Below are positions 21,401-32,456 of a stretch of 64,000 nt of DNA, piece by piece. Within the stretch, counting starts at the first letter, position 1, and each line of letters opens with the position of its first letter. Position numbers and translations under genes: made by a program. Source of the stretch: Escherichia coli phage Wa28; the sequence record LC788710.1, one strand, 5' to 3'. Below the pieces are notes generated by a model. That model made no database searches. It saw only the letters and a list, made by a program, of their open reading frames with translations, and was not told the DNA's origin.

Positions 21401-21924
21401 TATAAGAACCTTGCGAATCCTGATTTAGTTTCAGTCTTGACTTGTGTCTTTTCTTGAGGATTCTGTAGCTTTTCCTTTTGTTTAAGAACCCATGCCTTCT
21501 GCTTATTAGCAGAGAAAAGGGGAGGTTCCTTAGTGTACACCTTATGTAATAGTTGGTGATGGTGGACACAAAGGGTAACAGTGTCATCTACTAGCTCATG
21601 CCTATATCTTTCATAGAATGCCGTCCTATTTGAGAGGACTGTTTCTTCGTCAGTGAAATCCAATTGGAGTTCTTTAGCAAATTTTTTAACTAGTAGAGAC
21701 ACTGTATGGTAATGATGAAGCTCTAATTCTTCACCACAACCACAGATTTCGCAGCGATCGGCTTTTTTATATTGACTTTTTATACCGTCTCGCATGAGTG
21801 ATATAGCATCACGTTTATATTTTACATTTCCTGCCACAGTATTCTCCTCAACTGTATGAATATAGTATACATAATCATGTCGAATTTGTAAAGGGGATTT
21901 TAAAATGCAGGAATGGGATACCAA
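21400..21924 (-). CDS. HNH endonuclease
   Basis: 174 aa; CEICGC...ELHHYH...CVHHHQLLH zinc-binding HNH-type motifs; next to terminase. Confidence 0.65.
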   Translation of the reverse strand: MVSHSCILKSPLQIRHDYVYYIHTVEENTVAGNVKYKRDAISLMRDGIKSQYKKADRCEICGCGEELELHHYHTVSLLVKKFAKELQLDFTDEETVLSNRTAFYERYRHELVDDTVTLCVHHHQLLHKVYTKEPPLFSANKQKAWVLKQKEKLQNPQEKTQVKTETKSGFARFL

Positions 21925-21951
21925 CTGAGTAGTATCCCATCCTATACTTAT

Positions 21952-23268
21952 TTATTTCCCACGGGAAATTGAGTAAATTCCATAACGCAGTGCGTCACAA
22001 AGGTGAGAGTTCGCATCATGACGTGGTTTTTCACGTGATAATTTCTCTTCGCCCTCCTGGAAGTCCCACTTGTAGTTCGCTAGGGCGTGGATCAATGAGG
22101 TACATGAAGCATCTACGATGATCTTACCTTGCTGGAACAGTGCTTGTAGGCATGCCAGACCATCTAGGACAGATTTCTTAGCAGGAGCAGAAGCGATTTC
22201 ATGTTCATATGCTAAGTCCTGACGGAACTGAGCAGCAGCGGAGTCTACAAATATACGATCAACATTATAACGATCTATGCAGTGTTGGATATAAGCAGCG
22301 TGTTGAGCTGTAGTCTTTTCAGCTTGCTGATATTCTTCCAGTACGTAATAAACATCAGTATCATAGTGATACTTGATAGTAAGAACTGCTGTAGGGTCAC
22401 GATAACCAACGTCGATACCAAGTAATGTTTCGAAAGCCTCATCATCTTTAAAGAAGTGGCGCATACCTTTGAGGTCTTTAACATGTTCGATAGCATTGAA
22501 GGTGTCAAAGATCTGACCTTCGAATACAGAGAAGTCAGCCTCATATTCTTGACGGAAGTAGTTTTTACTAACAGTACGACGCGCTTCTTCGATATCGTTC
22601 AGATCAGCACGTGGGTTATCACGATATGTACCATGAATAGATACCCAGTTAGGTAGAGTTTCGTTAAATCCTTTCTCATAGAACTCTTTAAACCAGTTAC
22701 CACCACGAGGTGTGGAAATAAACAGAGCTTTAGAGTTTGGCTTATCTAGAGTAGGACGTAACTGAATATCGAAAGCTGCACCACCAACGTCGGAAATCGC
22801 TGCTTCGTCAAAAATGATGAAGTCATATGAACGACCAACCGCGGAGTCAGCCTGCGCCGCAGAAGCCAGCTTAAAGAGAGAACCATTCGCTAGTTCAATC
22901 TCTTTATCTTTTGCGTTCTCACGTTCAGTCTGTAATCCATACTTCTTAATAAGACCACGAATCTGTGACCAACCTATGTTAGCCAGTGAGTAGTTAGGTG
23001 CAACTACCAGCACCTTCACATTGGGTTCCAGAAGTTTTAGGAACCCAAGTGTATATGCGATGAATGACTTACCTACACGACGTGATACACATGCAGTCAC
23101 GAAGCGGTGTCTTGGGTCTTCCAGCGCATTAATGATTGCAATCTGAGGGGCATTAGGTGTAATTCCCTCTTGAGCTAGAATGCTAGAGACTGGCAGACGG
23201 AAGAATCGTTTGTCAATACCAAAGTCAATAACATCTGTGGTGTTAATATAGTCTCTAGAGACTTTCAT
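21952..23268 (-). CDS. terminase large subunit
   Basis: 438 aa; Walker A-like VSRRVGKS, Walker B IIFDEAA, C-terminal nuclease-like acidic motifs. Confidence 0.8.
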   Translation of the reverse strand: MKVSRDYINTTDVIDFGIDKRFFRLPVSSILAQEGITPNAPQIAIINALEDPRHRFVTACVSRRVGKSFIAYTLGFLKLLEPNVKVLVVAPNYSLANIGWSQIRGLIKKYGLQTERENAKDKEIELANGSLFKLASAAQADSAVGRSYDFIIFDEAAISDVGGAAFDIQLRPTLDKPNSKALFISTPRGGNWFKEFYEKGFNETLPNWVSIHGTYRDNPRADLNDIEEARRTVSKNYFRQEYEADFSVFEGQIFDTFNAIEHVKDLKGMRHFFKDDEAFETLLGIDVGYRDPTAVLTIKYHYDTDVYYVLEEYQQAEKTTAQHAAYIQHCIDRYNVDRIFVDSAAAQFRQDLAYEHEIASAPAKKSVLDGLACLQALFQQGKIIVDASCTSLIHALANYKWDFQEGEEKLSREKPRHDANSHLCDALRYGIYSISRGK

Positions 23269-23750
23269 TATCTCTTACCTCCTCCTGCTAGAGCGGTAAT
23301 AAGATTCATATAGTTTTCGTCACCACTTCCAGCAATAATATTATTCTGAATATTAGTCTGGTTAGCCGGAGTACGGGCTGCTGCCTTCACTTTCTCCAGT
23401 TCTACCATCATTTTCATTTCTTCCATCTTCATCTTGTGCGCCTTCCAGAGAATATCCATGATATCCTGGTCAGAACCCATGCCAGTTTCTTCGAGTTCTT
23501 CCAACTTGCGCTTGATAACTTCATCAAGAACTCCGAATAAGCGGTCACGATTACGGAAGCCGCTTTCCATAAAGATATCGTTAAGATAGTTTTTAACTTC
23601 CCCACGATTCATTATATCACGGAATGCAATCTCGGACATTCCAAGACTACGAGCGGCGGCAGGAACATCACTACCGCACTGTAAATAGGCTTCAATAACA
23701 TCCATGCCTTCGGGAGACATGAGATCGGGAACTAATACATCATTTGCCAT
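23268..23750 (-). CDS. putative DNA-binding protein / small terminase candidate
   Basis: 160 aa; N-terminal HTH-like segment; adjacent to large terminase. Confidence 0.4.
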   Translation of the reverse strand: MANDVLVPDLMSPEGMDVIEAYLQCGSDVPAAARSLGMSEIAFRDIMNRGEVKNYLNDIFMESGFRNRDRLFGVLDEVIKRKLEELEETGMGSDQDIMDILWKAHKMKMEEMKMMVELEKVKAAARTPANQTNIQNNIIAGSGDENYMNLITALAGGGKR

Positions 23751-23760
23751 ATATCCTCCT

Positions 23761-25542
23761 TTAGGTTAGGCGTTGAACTGTTACACGTAGTCTTGGCAAG
23801 AAAACAGCTGCCGCTTCTGCAGCGTGAATGATAACACCCAACTCAACGTTGCCATTACCAAGGTTTTTAATAGTATAAATATATCCGTTCCTACGGAAAG
23901 CAAACTCATCAGGCCTACTAGCCCAAGTTTGTGTATAACTATAGGAAGTTGTACTGTGATAAGGTACTAGATATCCAGGTGGCAGAGTAAGAATCTGGTG
24001 GAATACACCATCACCAGCTGTATAACTTTGTTGACGTCTACCCTGTACCTGCCAAGCGCTACCGCCGTAAGTACGTACAGGCATTCCAGCAGTATTAAGA
24101 TTACCCATAATAACTTCAGTAGTTAATATAACAGTAGAGTGAGCATTTGGTAATCCCAACCAAACTGTGGCCAAAGGTGTGTAGAAGTCACCAGCACCAG
24201 GGTAGGATGGAGTTATATCGTCCCCTACATAAGTACTTGCAACGTTGCCTGGGAATAACCTGAGGGGTACAGTACTAGGACTCCACACAGGTCCATGTTC
24301 ATTACCAATGGAGTTGGTATTAGTATCTACATACCATTGTTTACCTACACCAAATTTATATAAGCTAATTTGAGAAGCTGCACCACCATAGTTAACAGGA
24401 GACCACAACCCGCCATTACTAGAGCCGATAAATTCACATCGTGCAGTATTATCACCAAAAACTCCGGTATACGCAGCGTTATTACCAACATACTCCATAT
24501 CAGGGCGATAGCCTAAGTTTCCGAAAGCATTCTGGTTAATAAATTTATAGCCTGTATTTGGTAGGCTAACACCTTTAATAGTAAAATTAGACGGAGATAT
24601 TAGGATATCTGAACCGGTAAATGGATTACCAGAAACTCCCATACTACCATTAGAATAGCGCAGATTTAGCACATACCAAATAACCTTAGTTGGCGTAACG
24701 TTATACCAGTCCTGTACATATACCTTTCTAGCAGACTGAGCAGCCATATTAGAAGTAGAACCTCTACAAACATATATTTTTTCTGGGTATGCAGGAGATT
24801 GGTAAAGAACGTTTACGTTATCTGGTAGTACGCCTTTTTTACCTGCGAAGCCACGAATATTAGAACTACAAACATAAAACCAATCATGGCCTCTACCAGC
24901 AGAACCAATAGGCGCCTGCCAGTTAGGTTCCCAATAATCTGCGTTACCACCATCTAAAGGAACAGTAGAGACACCAGTTGGAAAACCCATAAGACTCCAG
25001 GCTCTGGCAATGGCTTCACCAGCAGAAACACCACCAGGTCTAAAGATCTGGAAACCAGAGGACTGTAGTAAACTGCCTCCAGAACCTTGCCTAGCAATAG
25101 ATTCCTCATGACCAAGACCACCATTATAGATATAAGTACCATGAGCTAAACTATCACCGATCGCAAAAGCAGATGTTACAGATAATTCAGCACCAGCACG
25201 TGGTGGGTCTTCAAAGAATGATAAGAACTGGCCAACCTGAGATTGAGTACCATTCAGAAATCCACGATGAGTACCGTTTATCTCAATAGCAGTTAATATA
25301 ACTCTACCCGGATCATTGGATTTAATATTTATAATATCCCAAGGCATCTGAGTAACAAAGTATCCATTACCTGCATTACCTAGGGCTGCTTCATAAGTCC
25401 CATCAACTAGGACAAATGGCATATCTGAGTGGAAGATACTATTAGTATTTGGAGAGTAGTGCTGATTTATATCACCACCATTAGCAGCGTTTAGAGATAA
25501 TACAGTTTTACCATCACTAAATTTTCCTGCGAAAAAACTCAT
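23761..25542 (-). CDS. receptor-binding protein (pb5/Oad-like)
   Basis: 593 aa Gly/Asn/Ser-rich ORF located between terminase and a divergent llp-like lipoprotein gene. Confidence 0.55.
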   Translation of the reverse strand: MSFFAGKFSDGKTVLSLNAANGGDINQHYSPNTNSIFHSDMPFVLVDGTYEAALGNAGNGYFVTQMPWDIINIKSNDPGRVILTAIEINGTHRGFLNGTQSQVGQFLSFFEDPPRAGAELSVTSAFAIGDSLAHGTYIYNGGLGHEESIARQGSGGSLLQSSGFQIFRPGGVSAGEAIARAWSLMGFPTGVSTVPLDGGNADYWEPNWQAPIGSAGRGHDWFYVCSSNIRGFAGKKGVLPDNVNVLYQSPAYPEKIYVCRGSTSNMAAQSARKVYVQDWYNVTPTKVIWYVLNLRYSNGSMGVSGNPFTGSDILISPSNFTIKGVSLPNTGYKFINQNAFGNLGYRPDMEYVGNNAAYTGVFGDNTARCEFIGSSNGGLWSPVNYGGAASQISLYKFGVGKQWYVDTNTNSIGNEHGPVWSPSTVPLRLFPGNVASTYVGDDITPSYPGAGDFYTPLATVWLGLPNAHSTVILTTEVIMGNLNTAGMPVRTYGGSAWQVQGRRQQSYTAGDGVFHQILTLPPGYLVPYHSTTSYSYTQTWASRPDEFAFRRNGYIYTIKNLGNGNVELGVIIHAAEAAAVFLPRLRVTVQRLT

Positions 25543-25625
25543 ACAATCTCCTTCTTTAAAAATGTATTTGCTTAGATCCCTCTATTTTGCTATAATATAT
25601 TTATAAATTAAACAGAGGAACGATT

Positions 25626-25892
25626 ATGAAAAAGTTACTAGCCATCGTAGTTGCAGCAGTAGTGTTGACGGGTTGTGTGCCAGCTCCCGAGCCATTTTGT
25701 AAGGCATATGTGAAGTCTTATGGTCATGTTGGTGAAGAACACTACGCTTTAGATATTCGAGAAGCACGTACTGTGGGCTACCGATTCCCTAAAACTCAGT
25801 TACGCACTAAGTTTGGGTGGTGGGATTTGTCACAGTTTGATCTCAAATATGGTGATTGCAAATTTAAACTAGAACAATCTGGTCACTTGTAA
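25626..25892 (+). CDS. llp: Llp-like lytic-conversion lipoprotein (receptor-blocking superinfection exclusion)
   Basis: 88 aa; signal peptide with lipobox LTGC; divergent and adjacent to the RBP gene. Confidence 0.6.
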   Translation: MKKLLAIVVAAVVLTGCVPAPEPFCKAYVKSYGHVGEEHYALDIREARTVGYRFPKTQLRTKFGWWDLSQFDLKYGDCKFKLEQSGHL

Positions 25893-26170
25893 TTAGTATA
25901 AAGTAAAAAGATCTCGAAGTAAACAAAAATTTTTATTTCTGGGATGAGGTACAGGTAGCAAACACAATGCAAGATGAAGAAAAGTCCTTTCAGGAACCTG
26001 TTAACTTTGAAATAAATCCCAGGAATAAAAAGCAATACATGATGCAATTGATGAAATCATTCAAGACGTCATAGAAGATACAATAGAAGACGTGATGGGA
26101 ACATCCTTCTTACTAGAAGAATCCGGCTTCGACGAAGTAATGGATCTAATCGGGACAGTCGTAATGGTTC

Positions 26171-26356
26171 GTGCAATTGCTAGGGTATTCCAAATACCAA
26201 GACTATAGGAGAAGCAAAGAGATGTCAGACGACAACAGAAGAAAGAACAGACGCGGGGAAGTGTACGAAAGTTGGATAAATAGTTTCGGATTCGGGACTG
26301 TGTTATTCTTTATCTTTGTACTCTTTTGGTTAGCAGCTATGGCGGGGTGGTTATAA
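26171..26356 (+). CDS. small membrane protein
   Basis: 61 aa; C-terminal hydrophobic helix VLFFIFVLFWLAAMAGWL. Confidence 0.3.
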   Translation: MQLLGYSKYQDYRRSKEMSDDNRRKNRRGEVYESWINSFGFGTVLFFIFVLFWLAAMAGWL

Positions 26357-26459
26357 TGGAAGTAGTAATTATTACTTTACTAGTTGTGGTAATTATAGGG
26401 CAGTGTATTTTAGATAACCACTTAGCTCGTATTGAACGTAAGCTGCGGGGAGATAAATA

Positions 26460-26654
26460 ATGGATTGGTTAGGACTTATTACACTTGTAGTATGGATTGT
26501 CTGGATTGTTGGATACATGACGTCACATCGTAATCGTATACAGAAGCTAGAGGATAAAGTCACCCAACTAAACATTAATATGGATAAGTTACTGGACTCC
26601 CAACGTAATGATCGGGCGCGTATTCACCAACTTGAGAGGGAATTAGATGTTTAG
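26460..26654 (+). CDS. small membrane protein
   Basis: 64 aa; N-terminal TM helix then charged tail. Confidence 0.3.
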   Translation: MDWLGLITLVVWIVWIVGYMTSHRNRIQKLEDKVTQLNINMDKLLDSQRNDRARIHQLERELDV

Positions 26655-26892
26655 CTTTGTAGCTATCTTCATTATCGGAGTGCTTGCGGGGATCTTCGGA
26701 ACACTCGGGGCGATTAACAAGCATCGTGAATACGTTGCGGGAATATCGCGGGAGCTTTCGGAAAGGGAGCGGAGGTTTGCGGAGAAACGTGCGGAGTTTG
26801 AGCGGGAGTGGTCGGATGGATCTCGGGCGTCGCGGAGGAGATTTCGTATGTCAGAATCAGGAGACAAGCCGGTAGACCGGTGTTCCTCCTAA
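26647..26892 (+). CDS. small membrane-anchored Arg/Glu-rich protein (GC-rich ORF)
   Basis: 81 aa; N-terminal TM helix; DNA has GCGGAG hexamer repeats and locally elevated GC. Confidence 0.35.
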   Translation: MFSFVAIFIIGVLAGIFGTLGAINKHREYVAGISRELSERERRFAEKRAEFEREWSDGSRASRRRFRMSESGDKPVDRCSS

Positions 26893-27055
26893 GTTAGCGC
26901 TAATTACCAATTCTCGAAATCTCATAAGATTACACATGAAGGTGTGCCCAGAGGTTACCTAGATGAGAATGAGTCTCATTACCGCCCCGGTACTTAGCAA
27001 GCTAATAGTCACACTATGTGATGATAACATAGTGTGACTATTTTATTTTTAATTG

Positions 27056-27790
27056 TTAGGCGACTTTTAATTTATCAATGAATTGTTGCGGGCTGCAACT
27101 ATATTCTGCGCGTTCTTCCTCGGTCATACCTTCCCAACACATTTTTAAACGGTCGGCTAGGAATTGATAATCATTATCATCATCTAATGATTCATCAATA
27201 AAGGTTTCACCGATCAATGTTACGCCGATTGATAGGATATCATTAACGGCTTGAGCGTCCAGCGTTTTAAATCCAGCACTTGCCGCCGCCGATAATACGC
27301 CTTTATGATCATCAATCATCGTAAAATCAGCGTTCGGATATAACTGTTTAAACAGTTCAAAGTAATAGCTTTTGTATACAGCGTCTTTACTATGATATAT
27401 TTCGCTAACCTTATCCGCTTCAAAGTATTTGTGTAATGTATCGCGAGAGAATACGCGGATATTGCTATTTCCGCGCCCTCGCAAGCCTTGTTTACGCAAA
27501 TAAAAGTAATCGCTTTTAGACATAAGGCGCGCGGTACAAATAATATTTAAAGTATTTGCATCATTCATACATTGGCGCATATATTCAACCAATGGCAATA
27601 AAGAATCCTGCATAATTAAATCATGTTTACAGGCTTCGCGTGAATACTTATTTAAATTTAAATTCCCGTTATCATCAAAGCAAGGCGCTACACGGTGGAA
27701 AGAATTAATGATAGTTCCGTCTAAGTCCCAAATCATAACGCGGGAAATATGCGGGAAAGCGCGGGCAATATTCAAGGTTACTTGATTCAT
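27056..27790 (-). CDS. dmp: 5-prime deoxyribonucleotidase (Dmp-like, HAD superfamily)
   Basis: 244 aa; HAD motif I DLDGT near N-terminus; first gene of a pre-early-like block. Confidence 0.65.
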   Translation of the reverse strand: MNQVTLNIARAFPHISRVMIWDLDGTIINSFHRVAPCFDDNGNLNLNKYSREACKHDLIMQDSLLPLVEYMRQCMNDANTLNIICTARLMSKSDYFYLRKQGLRGRGNSNIRVFSRDTLHKYFEADKVSEIYHSKDAVYKSYYFELFKQLYPNADFTMIDDHKGVLSAAASAGFKTLDAQAVNDILSIGVTLIGETFIDESLDDDNDYQFLADRLKMCWEGMTEEERAEYSCSPQQFIDKLKVA

Positions 27791-27877
27791 TTGTTACATT
27801 CTCCATTTAAGGGATTTAGGTTAATTCAATCTTGCCAGCTAATTATATTGGATTAGCTGGCAATGTTCAATTAACTA

Positions 27878-28270
27878 TTAATTAGTGAGGCCATACGCTA
27901 GCGCGTCACCAATAAAGCTAATATCCTCACCATGTACGCTAGAACGAATCCCCGCGCAAGTGTAAACCATCGCGCTAGCTTCTGGATTGCAGACCGGACA
28001 CGGCTTAACAACTGCAAACGCTAGACCGGATTTAAGCGCATCAATAATAATTGTTTGCACTGTCAAAGTATCAGCGTAAACGCCTTTTGCTTTCGTATGG
28101 CTTGCCACTTTGCCGGTATCATAAGCAAAGGTAGTAACCTGCAAAGCGTCGTTATAATTCAGCAAATCAAAATTAACTTGCCCCGCCTCGACGTGATAAC
28201 GTTCACCATTAGAATAAACTAGAACGATGGAAGAAGTAGCACGATCAAAAGGAATGTTTTGGTTTTTCAT
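27878..28270 (-). CDS. hypothetical protein
   Basis: 130 aa ORF. Confidence 0.4.
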   Translation of the reverse strand: MKNQNIPFDRATSSIVLVYSNGERYHVEAGQVNFDLLNYNDALQVTTFAYDTGKVASHTKAKGVYADTLTVQTIIIDALKSGLAFAVVKPCPVCNPEASAMVYTCAGIRSSVHGEDISFIGDALAYGLTN

Positions 28271-28302
28271 GTTTATGACTCCAGATTATTTAATTACGGG
28301 AT

Positions 28303-28581
28303 TTATTGAAAAAATACATTTAAAGATAAATCAGTTTTACGAAAATATGTTTCGTCGCCGTCTTTCCTTTCTTGATTAAGGTAATCGCCTGTCATTACCT
28401 GAATATGATCTTTTTCGAAAAAGATCATATTTTCGCCAATATTACTATCCCATACGGCATACATTCCCGCGTACATTCCACGGGTAACTAAATAAACGCA
28501 ACTATCAAAAGACATTTCAGACCATGCAATATCTTCTAAACAATTGCTATCAGGGATAGATATATTAATTTTACTAGCCAT
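28303..28581 (-). CDS. hypothetical protein
   Basis: 92 aa ORF. Confidence 0.4.
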   Translation of the reverse strand: MASKINISIPDSNCLEDIAWSEMSFDSCVYLVTRGMYAGMYAVWDSNIGENMIFFEKDHIQVMTGDYLNQERKDGDETYFRKTDLSLNVFFQ

Positions 28582-28633
28582 TTAATAAACCTTTTATTAA
28601 TGGCGGTATATTTCAACCGCCGATTAAATTTAA

Positions 28634-30298
28634 TTATGCAAAGAATTTACCGTTTTTGAAATCAATCAAAGTACGTTGCCCGTTTGCATAGGTAATTAAA
28701 TGCGTTTGCGTCCAGCTTGACGCGCCCACGTTGTAGCCCATATCAAGGGAACCAGCAACGCCAGCGGTATAAACGCCGCCGTAAATGCTAGCCGTGTGAG
28801 TGTGACCAGTGTTAAGGCGTCCCAACTTTTTAAACTGCTTAGGATTGCCCCGACTGCCGTTAATGCCATTGTGACCATGTACGCCGCATTCAATGCCAGC
28901 GATTTTAAAGGACTGGTCAGTAGTCAAAAAAATGGCGTTAAATTCGCATCCTGCAACGTTTCTAAGCGCATAATCTAACACGTTAAAGGTATCATCCTTT
29001 TCAGCAATAGCGGCGTAAATCGCAGCGTTTAGACGGTGATACAGTTCCGCGTTTGCGGGATCATCTTTAATGTTTGCGTTACGATCATCTAACCAGCGGG
29101 ATAATGCTAAATCATGGTTAGATTCCACAATGATTGTTTGACTAAAATCACGTTCCATAGATTCTAATACGCGTCCAGTATCGATAAGATCATCAATAAC
29201 TTTATCACGTCCGGCGGCGTATTGTTTCGCAAGGAATACACCACTAGCGCGGTTATGATGGTTACGCGATGTAAAATCATGCACGTCATGAATAAATTGA
29301 TATTTCGGTTTAAGAATATCAAGCAAGCTGTTTTCACTAGCCCATGAAGCGACGGCGCAATCATCATCTAATTTTTCGGCGTGAATATCGCCATATTGCA
29401 AGCCTAGAACATGATCGGACGTTTCAAAACATCCGGTAGGCATAGCGCAAACATTCAAATCATAGAACATTCCGCTTTCATCCATTGTTTCAATCTGGCG
29501 AGCATAAAATTCGCCGTCGTCGTCGAACTCTACCAGCAAAGCGCCATAATTATGTAAAGCCTCAGCTTTTTGACCTGCTTTCTGCTGAATGTAGTTTTTA
29601 AGCGTAGCCGTTCCGGTTGAATACATACGGCACACTACTTCACCTTTTAACGCTGGCACACTTTCAGCGGTAATTTTAGCGTGACCAATTGCCAGACCTT
29701 CAATATTTAAAGCCGTGGCGGTTTCTGCGAATCCTGAAAGCGGGTAATCTGCCGTTGGTAAAACGTTAATTTCAGCCATGAAAGCAAAGCGGCGGTTATT
29801 TAAAAATACGTTTTTATCACAAACATATTTATCAAATGCGGGATCGTATTTAATACCGTTTGCCCCTTCCCCGTTCTGAAATCCGTTTTTGTTGTAAATG
29901 AATTTGCTAACAAGTAATTCAGCGCCGCAATATTCAGCGAATTTTTCCAGACTTGCTAAAAAGTTTTTATGCGGGAAAGTATTATTTTGAATCGACGTTA
30001 GAATAAAACGGCGACCGGACTTAACTTCCCATTGCTCAACGGTGCTAGAAACAATTCCCGCCGCCTCTGGGCGATCATCGTTTTTAATCGCCTTTTCGGC
30101 TTTTGCCGCTTTCGGTTTCGCTGGTTTATTTGCTTCCAGCCAGTCACAAATTGCGGTCGAATGTTTCGGCGTACCATAAACAGCTTTTGAAATATCGTCG
30201 CAAACTTCCAATTTAGTAGCGCGTAAACGCTTACCGTAGAAGTTAAAATCTGCGGCCATTTTCAAAATTTGAGCTTGTTTTTCTGCGGAAATATTCAT
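28634..30298 (-). CDS. A1: A1-like pre-early protein with metallophosphoesterase motifs
   Basis: 554 aa; GDIH and GHTH metallophosphatase-like motifs; synteny with dmp and A2-like gene. Confidence 0.6.
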   Translation of the reverse strand: MNISAEKQAQILKMAADFNFYGKRLRATKLEVCDDISKAVYGTPKHSTAICDWLEANKPAKPKAAKAEKAIKNDDRPEAAGIVSSTVEQWEVKSGRRFILTSIQNNTFPHKNFLASLEKFAEYCGAELLVSKFIYNKNGFQNGEGANGIKYDPAFDKYVCDKNVFLNNRRFAFMAEINVLPTADYPLSGFAETATALNIEGLAIGHAKITAESVPALKGEVVCRMYSTGTATLKNYIQQKAGQKAEALHNYGALLVEFDDDGEFYARQIETMDESGMFYDLNVCAMPTGCFETSDHVLGLQYGDIHAEKLDDDCAVASWASENSLLDILKPKYQFIHDVHDFTSRNHHNRASGVFLAKQYAAGRDKVIDDLIDTGRVLESMERDFSQTIIVESNHDLALSRWLDDRNANIKDDPANAELYHRLNAAIYAAIAEKDDTFNVLDYALRNVAGCEFNAIFLTTDQSFKIAGIECGVHGHNGINGSRGNPKQFKKLGRLNTGHTHTASIYGGVYTAGVAGSLDMGYNVGASSWTQTHLITYANGQRTLIDFKNGKFFA

Positions 30299-30406
30299 AA
30301 CTAAATCAACTCCTATAAAGGGATAAATATTAATACTGGCAATATTGCCAAATATAACGCCTTGCCTGAAGTGAGGACAATTTAAAAGGCGTTATAATTT
30401 GCAATA

Positions 30407-30652
30407 TTATTCTAGAATTGGCATAAGACTAGAACTAAAACCGCAACTAATAGCCAGCGTTAAAAATATAATCGCTAGATATTTTTGTTTATTAGCTTGA
30501 CGTTTAAACATATCAGCGGCATAAGCTGAATTAATGCCGATAATAGAGATTATATATTTGCCGTAATTAAATATAAATATAGCGGCAACTATAAATAAAC
30601 CTAAAATAAACGCTTCACTAGGGAAGAAAATCATTTTAATAACTCCGGTCAA
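30407..30652 (-). CDS. small integral membrane protein
   Basis: 81 aa, three hydrophobic segments. Confidence 0.4.
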   Translation of the reverse strand: MTGVIKMIFFPSEAFILGLFIVAAIFIFNYGKYIISIIGINSAYAADMFKRQANKQKYLAIIFLTLAISCGFSSSLMPILE

Positions 30653-30664
30653 AGGGAAATTATA

Positions 30665-30682
30665 GCGGGGAATATTCCCCGC
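30665..30682. terminator. perfect 18-bp palindrome GCGGGGAATATTCCCCGC, likely bidirectional terminator
   Basis: read directly, just downstream of A2-like stop. Confidence 0.5.
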
Positions 30683-30692
30683 TAATTAGAAT

Positions 30693-31109
30693 TTATTCAC
30701 CTGCGGCCTGTTTTACTTCCTCCGCTACGCCTAACAATTGCGCTACGGCGTCCAGCGTTTCCAGTTTAGCACTTTCAAGGCTTGCCAGATCGTCGGCATC
30801 TTTTACGATACCTGAATCAATGGCGTGTTTAGCGATGACGCGCACATAGTGAGCTTTACGAATTGAGCTACCGCCGCCAACTTTACGCGGTTTATCGCTT
30901 TTCTGGTATGCTTTTGCGCTTGTCAGTTTAGAACGTACAGAAACAGGACTTGCAGCGCCAACGGCGGCGGCAATTTCTTTCAGGCCGTCACTGTTAGCAA
31001 ATTCAATTCCGCTTTTAGCGACCATTTCAGAATACATAGAAACAGCTTTTTCGGTGTTTTCTTCGTTCCAAGAGAATTTTGCTGTTTTTTCGGTTTTAAC
31101 GTTAGACAT
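30693..31109 (-). CDS. A2: A2-like pre-early DNA-binding protein
   Basis: 138 aa; position upstream of A1-like gene. Confidence 0.45.
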   Translation of the reverse strand: MSNVKTEKTAKFSWNEENTEKAVSMYSEMVAKSGIEFANSDGLKEIAAAVGAASPVSVRSKLTSAKAYQKSDKPRKVGGGSSIRKAHYVRVIAKHAIDSGIVKDADDLASLESAKLETLDAVAQLLGVAEEVKQAAGE

Positions 31110-32099
31110 AATTTAATACTCCATTCAATTATTAATTAAGGGATTATGATTAACTAATGTTAATCCATATATTCCCCATATTTCAGGGGAATATAAAGTT
31201 AGCACTAATTAGCTAATAGCTTGCCATTTATCATCTTTCTGAATGATCTTTACAACGTCGCCGGATTTAACGCGAACATTATAAATTGGCTTGCCGTGGT
31301 TACTGCGTTCCGTTTCCGCAAAGACCGCTTCAATTTTATCGAAAGGATCTAGCGCCGCACCTTTAATACGTTCGGCTTTTCCAGTTAATTCATCCGTTTT
31401 AGTAACGAAAGGAATAAATACAGATTGACCTACTTTCGGCGCGGTAAACTTCCCCGCCGTTGTAGTCTGGCCTTTCGTTTCCGTCTTGCCGTCCTACGAG
31501 ATAAATAATAGGTTATTCCCGAAAATGGCGCAAGCGTATTTTTGTAAAGAAACGTAAAGACAAACGCCACCGCACCACGTCCAGCGGCGCACTAAATTTA
31601 ATGAAACGGGCGCGCGAATAACACCAAAACAACCATTTTAGCAAGTAATTTTTTCATTTATATCTGCTCTAGGGTACTTGACAAAATCTAAAATCCTCGT
31701 GGTGAGGTTTTCTCGGTGTACCCCTTATGATTGCCTATCTTTTCCTTTGAGGCGCTTAGAATCGCTTACAGAGCGTTTTAGACCCTGTTAATAACTTATA
31801 CAAAAAGCAAAAATGAAATTTAATGAGTTATCCACTTGATTTTTCAAAAAAGTATTTTCTGCTGTTATTTTTCATTGACAAATAAGTTTAGACGTGCATT
31901 GATTGGTTAGCAGACTAACAATCGCTAGGATGATAATCACGCTGGTGGATTGTAGCAGCCGAAACAGTTAGCAGACTATTAATCATGGAAAATCTCATTA
32001 GCCAACTAACTATTTCATATTATATAATATACTTATAAATTAAAGAGAAATAATAACTATAAGAAACTATCGGCTAAGTGAGAACCACTATCATTTAAC

Positions 32100-32220
32100 T
32101 TATGCACAAAGTTATCCACAGCACTTTTTGACTTGACACAATAAGCAACATTTTGGCGACTTATCCACAGACTTATATACAGGTTATCCTACTGTATAAA
32201 TATACAGGGTAGAATGGTAG
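32100..32220. repeat. left copy of ~110-bp imperfect inverted repeat with DnaA boxes and LexA-box-like palindrome
   Basis: TTATCCACA at ~32111 and ~32161; CTGTATAAATATACAG at ~32200; reverse complement matches 36180-36320. Confidence 0.7.
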
Positions 32221-32456
32221 CAGTAACAACCGCAATCAAATTTAAGCGGTCTAAAACGCGCTACACGGCGTTTTCTCACTGCTGCCCTTATTATAATAAA
32301 GCCTTGTGTACGCTTACAGAGAGCTAGAAATAGAAAACGCGCGGTTATCATAAAAACAGGCAGTAAGCAAGAAATAAAAAACCTTTTCTTTTTTCTTGCC
32401 CCTAGCGAACAATTATATATATCATTCACTCACCGATTAACGAGGGAGACAAAGAA

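Noticed and set aside
31110-32450. Small ORFs in the 1.3-kb region between the A2-like gene and the plus-strand block (for example 32184-32429, minus strand)
   Set aside because: The region is dominated by DnaA boxes, palindromes and AT-rich tracts; the 81-aa ORF overlaps the inverted repeat and has no RBS. Treated as regulatory DNA.
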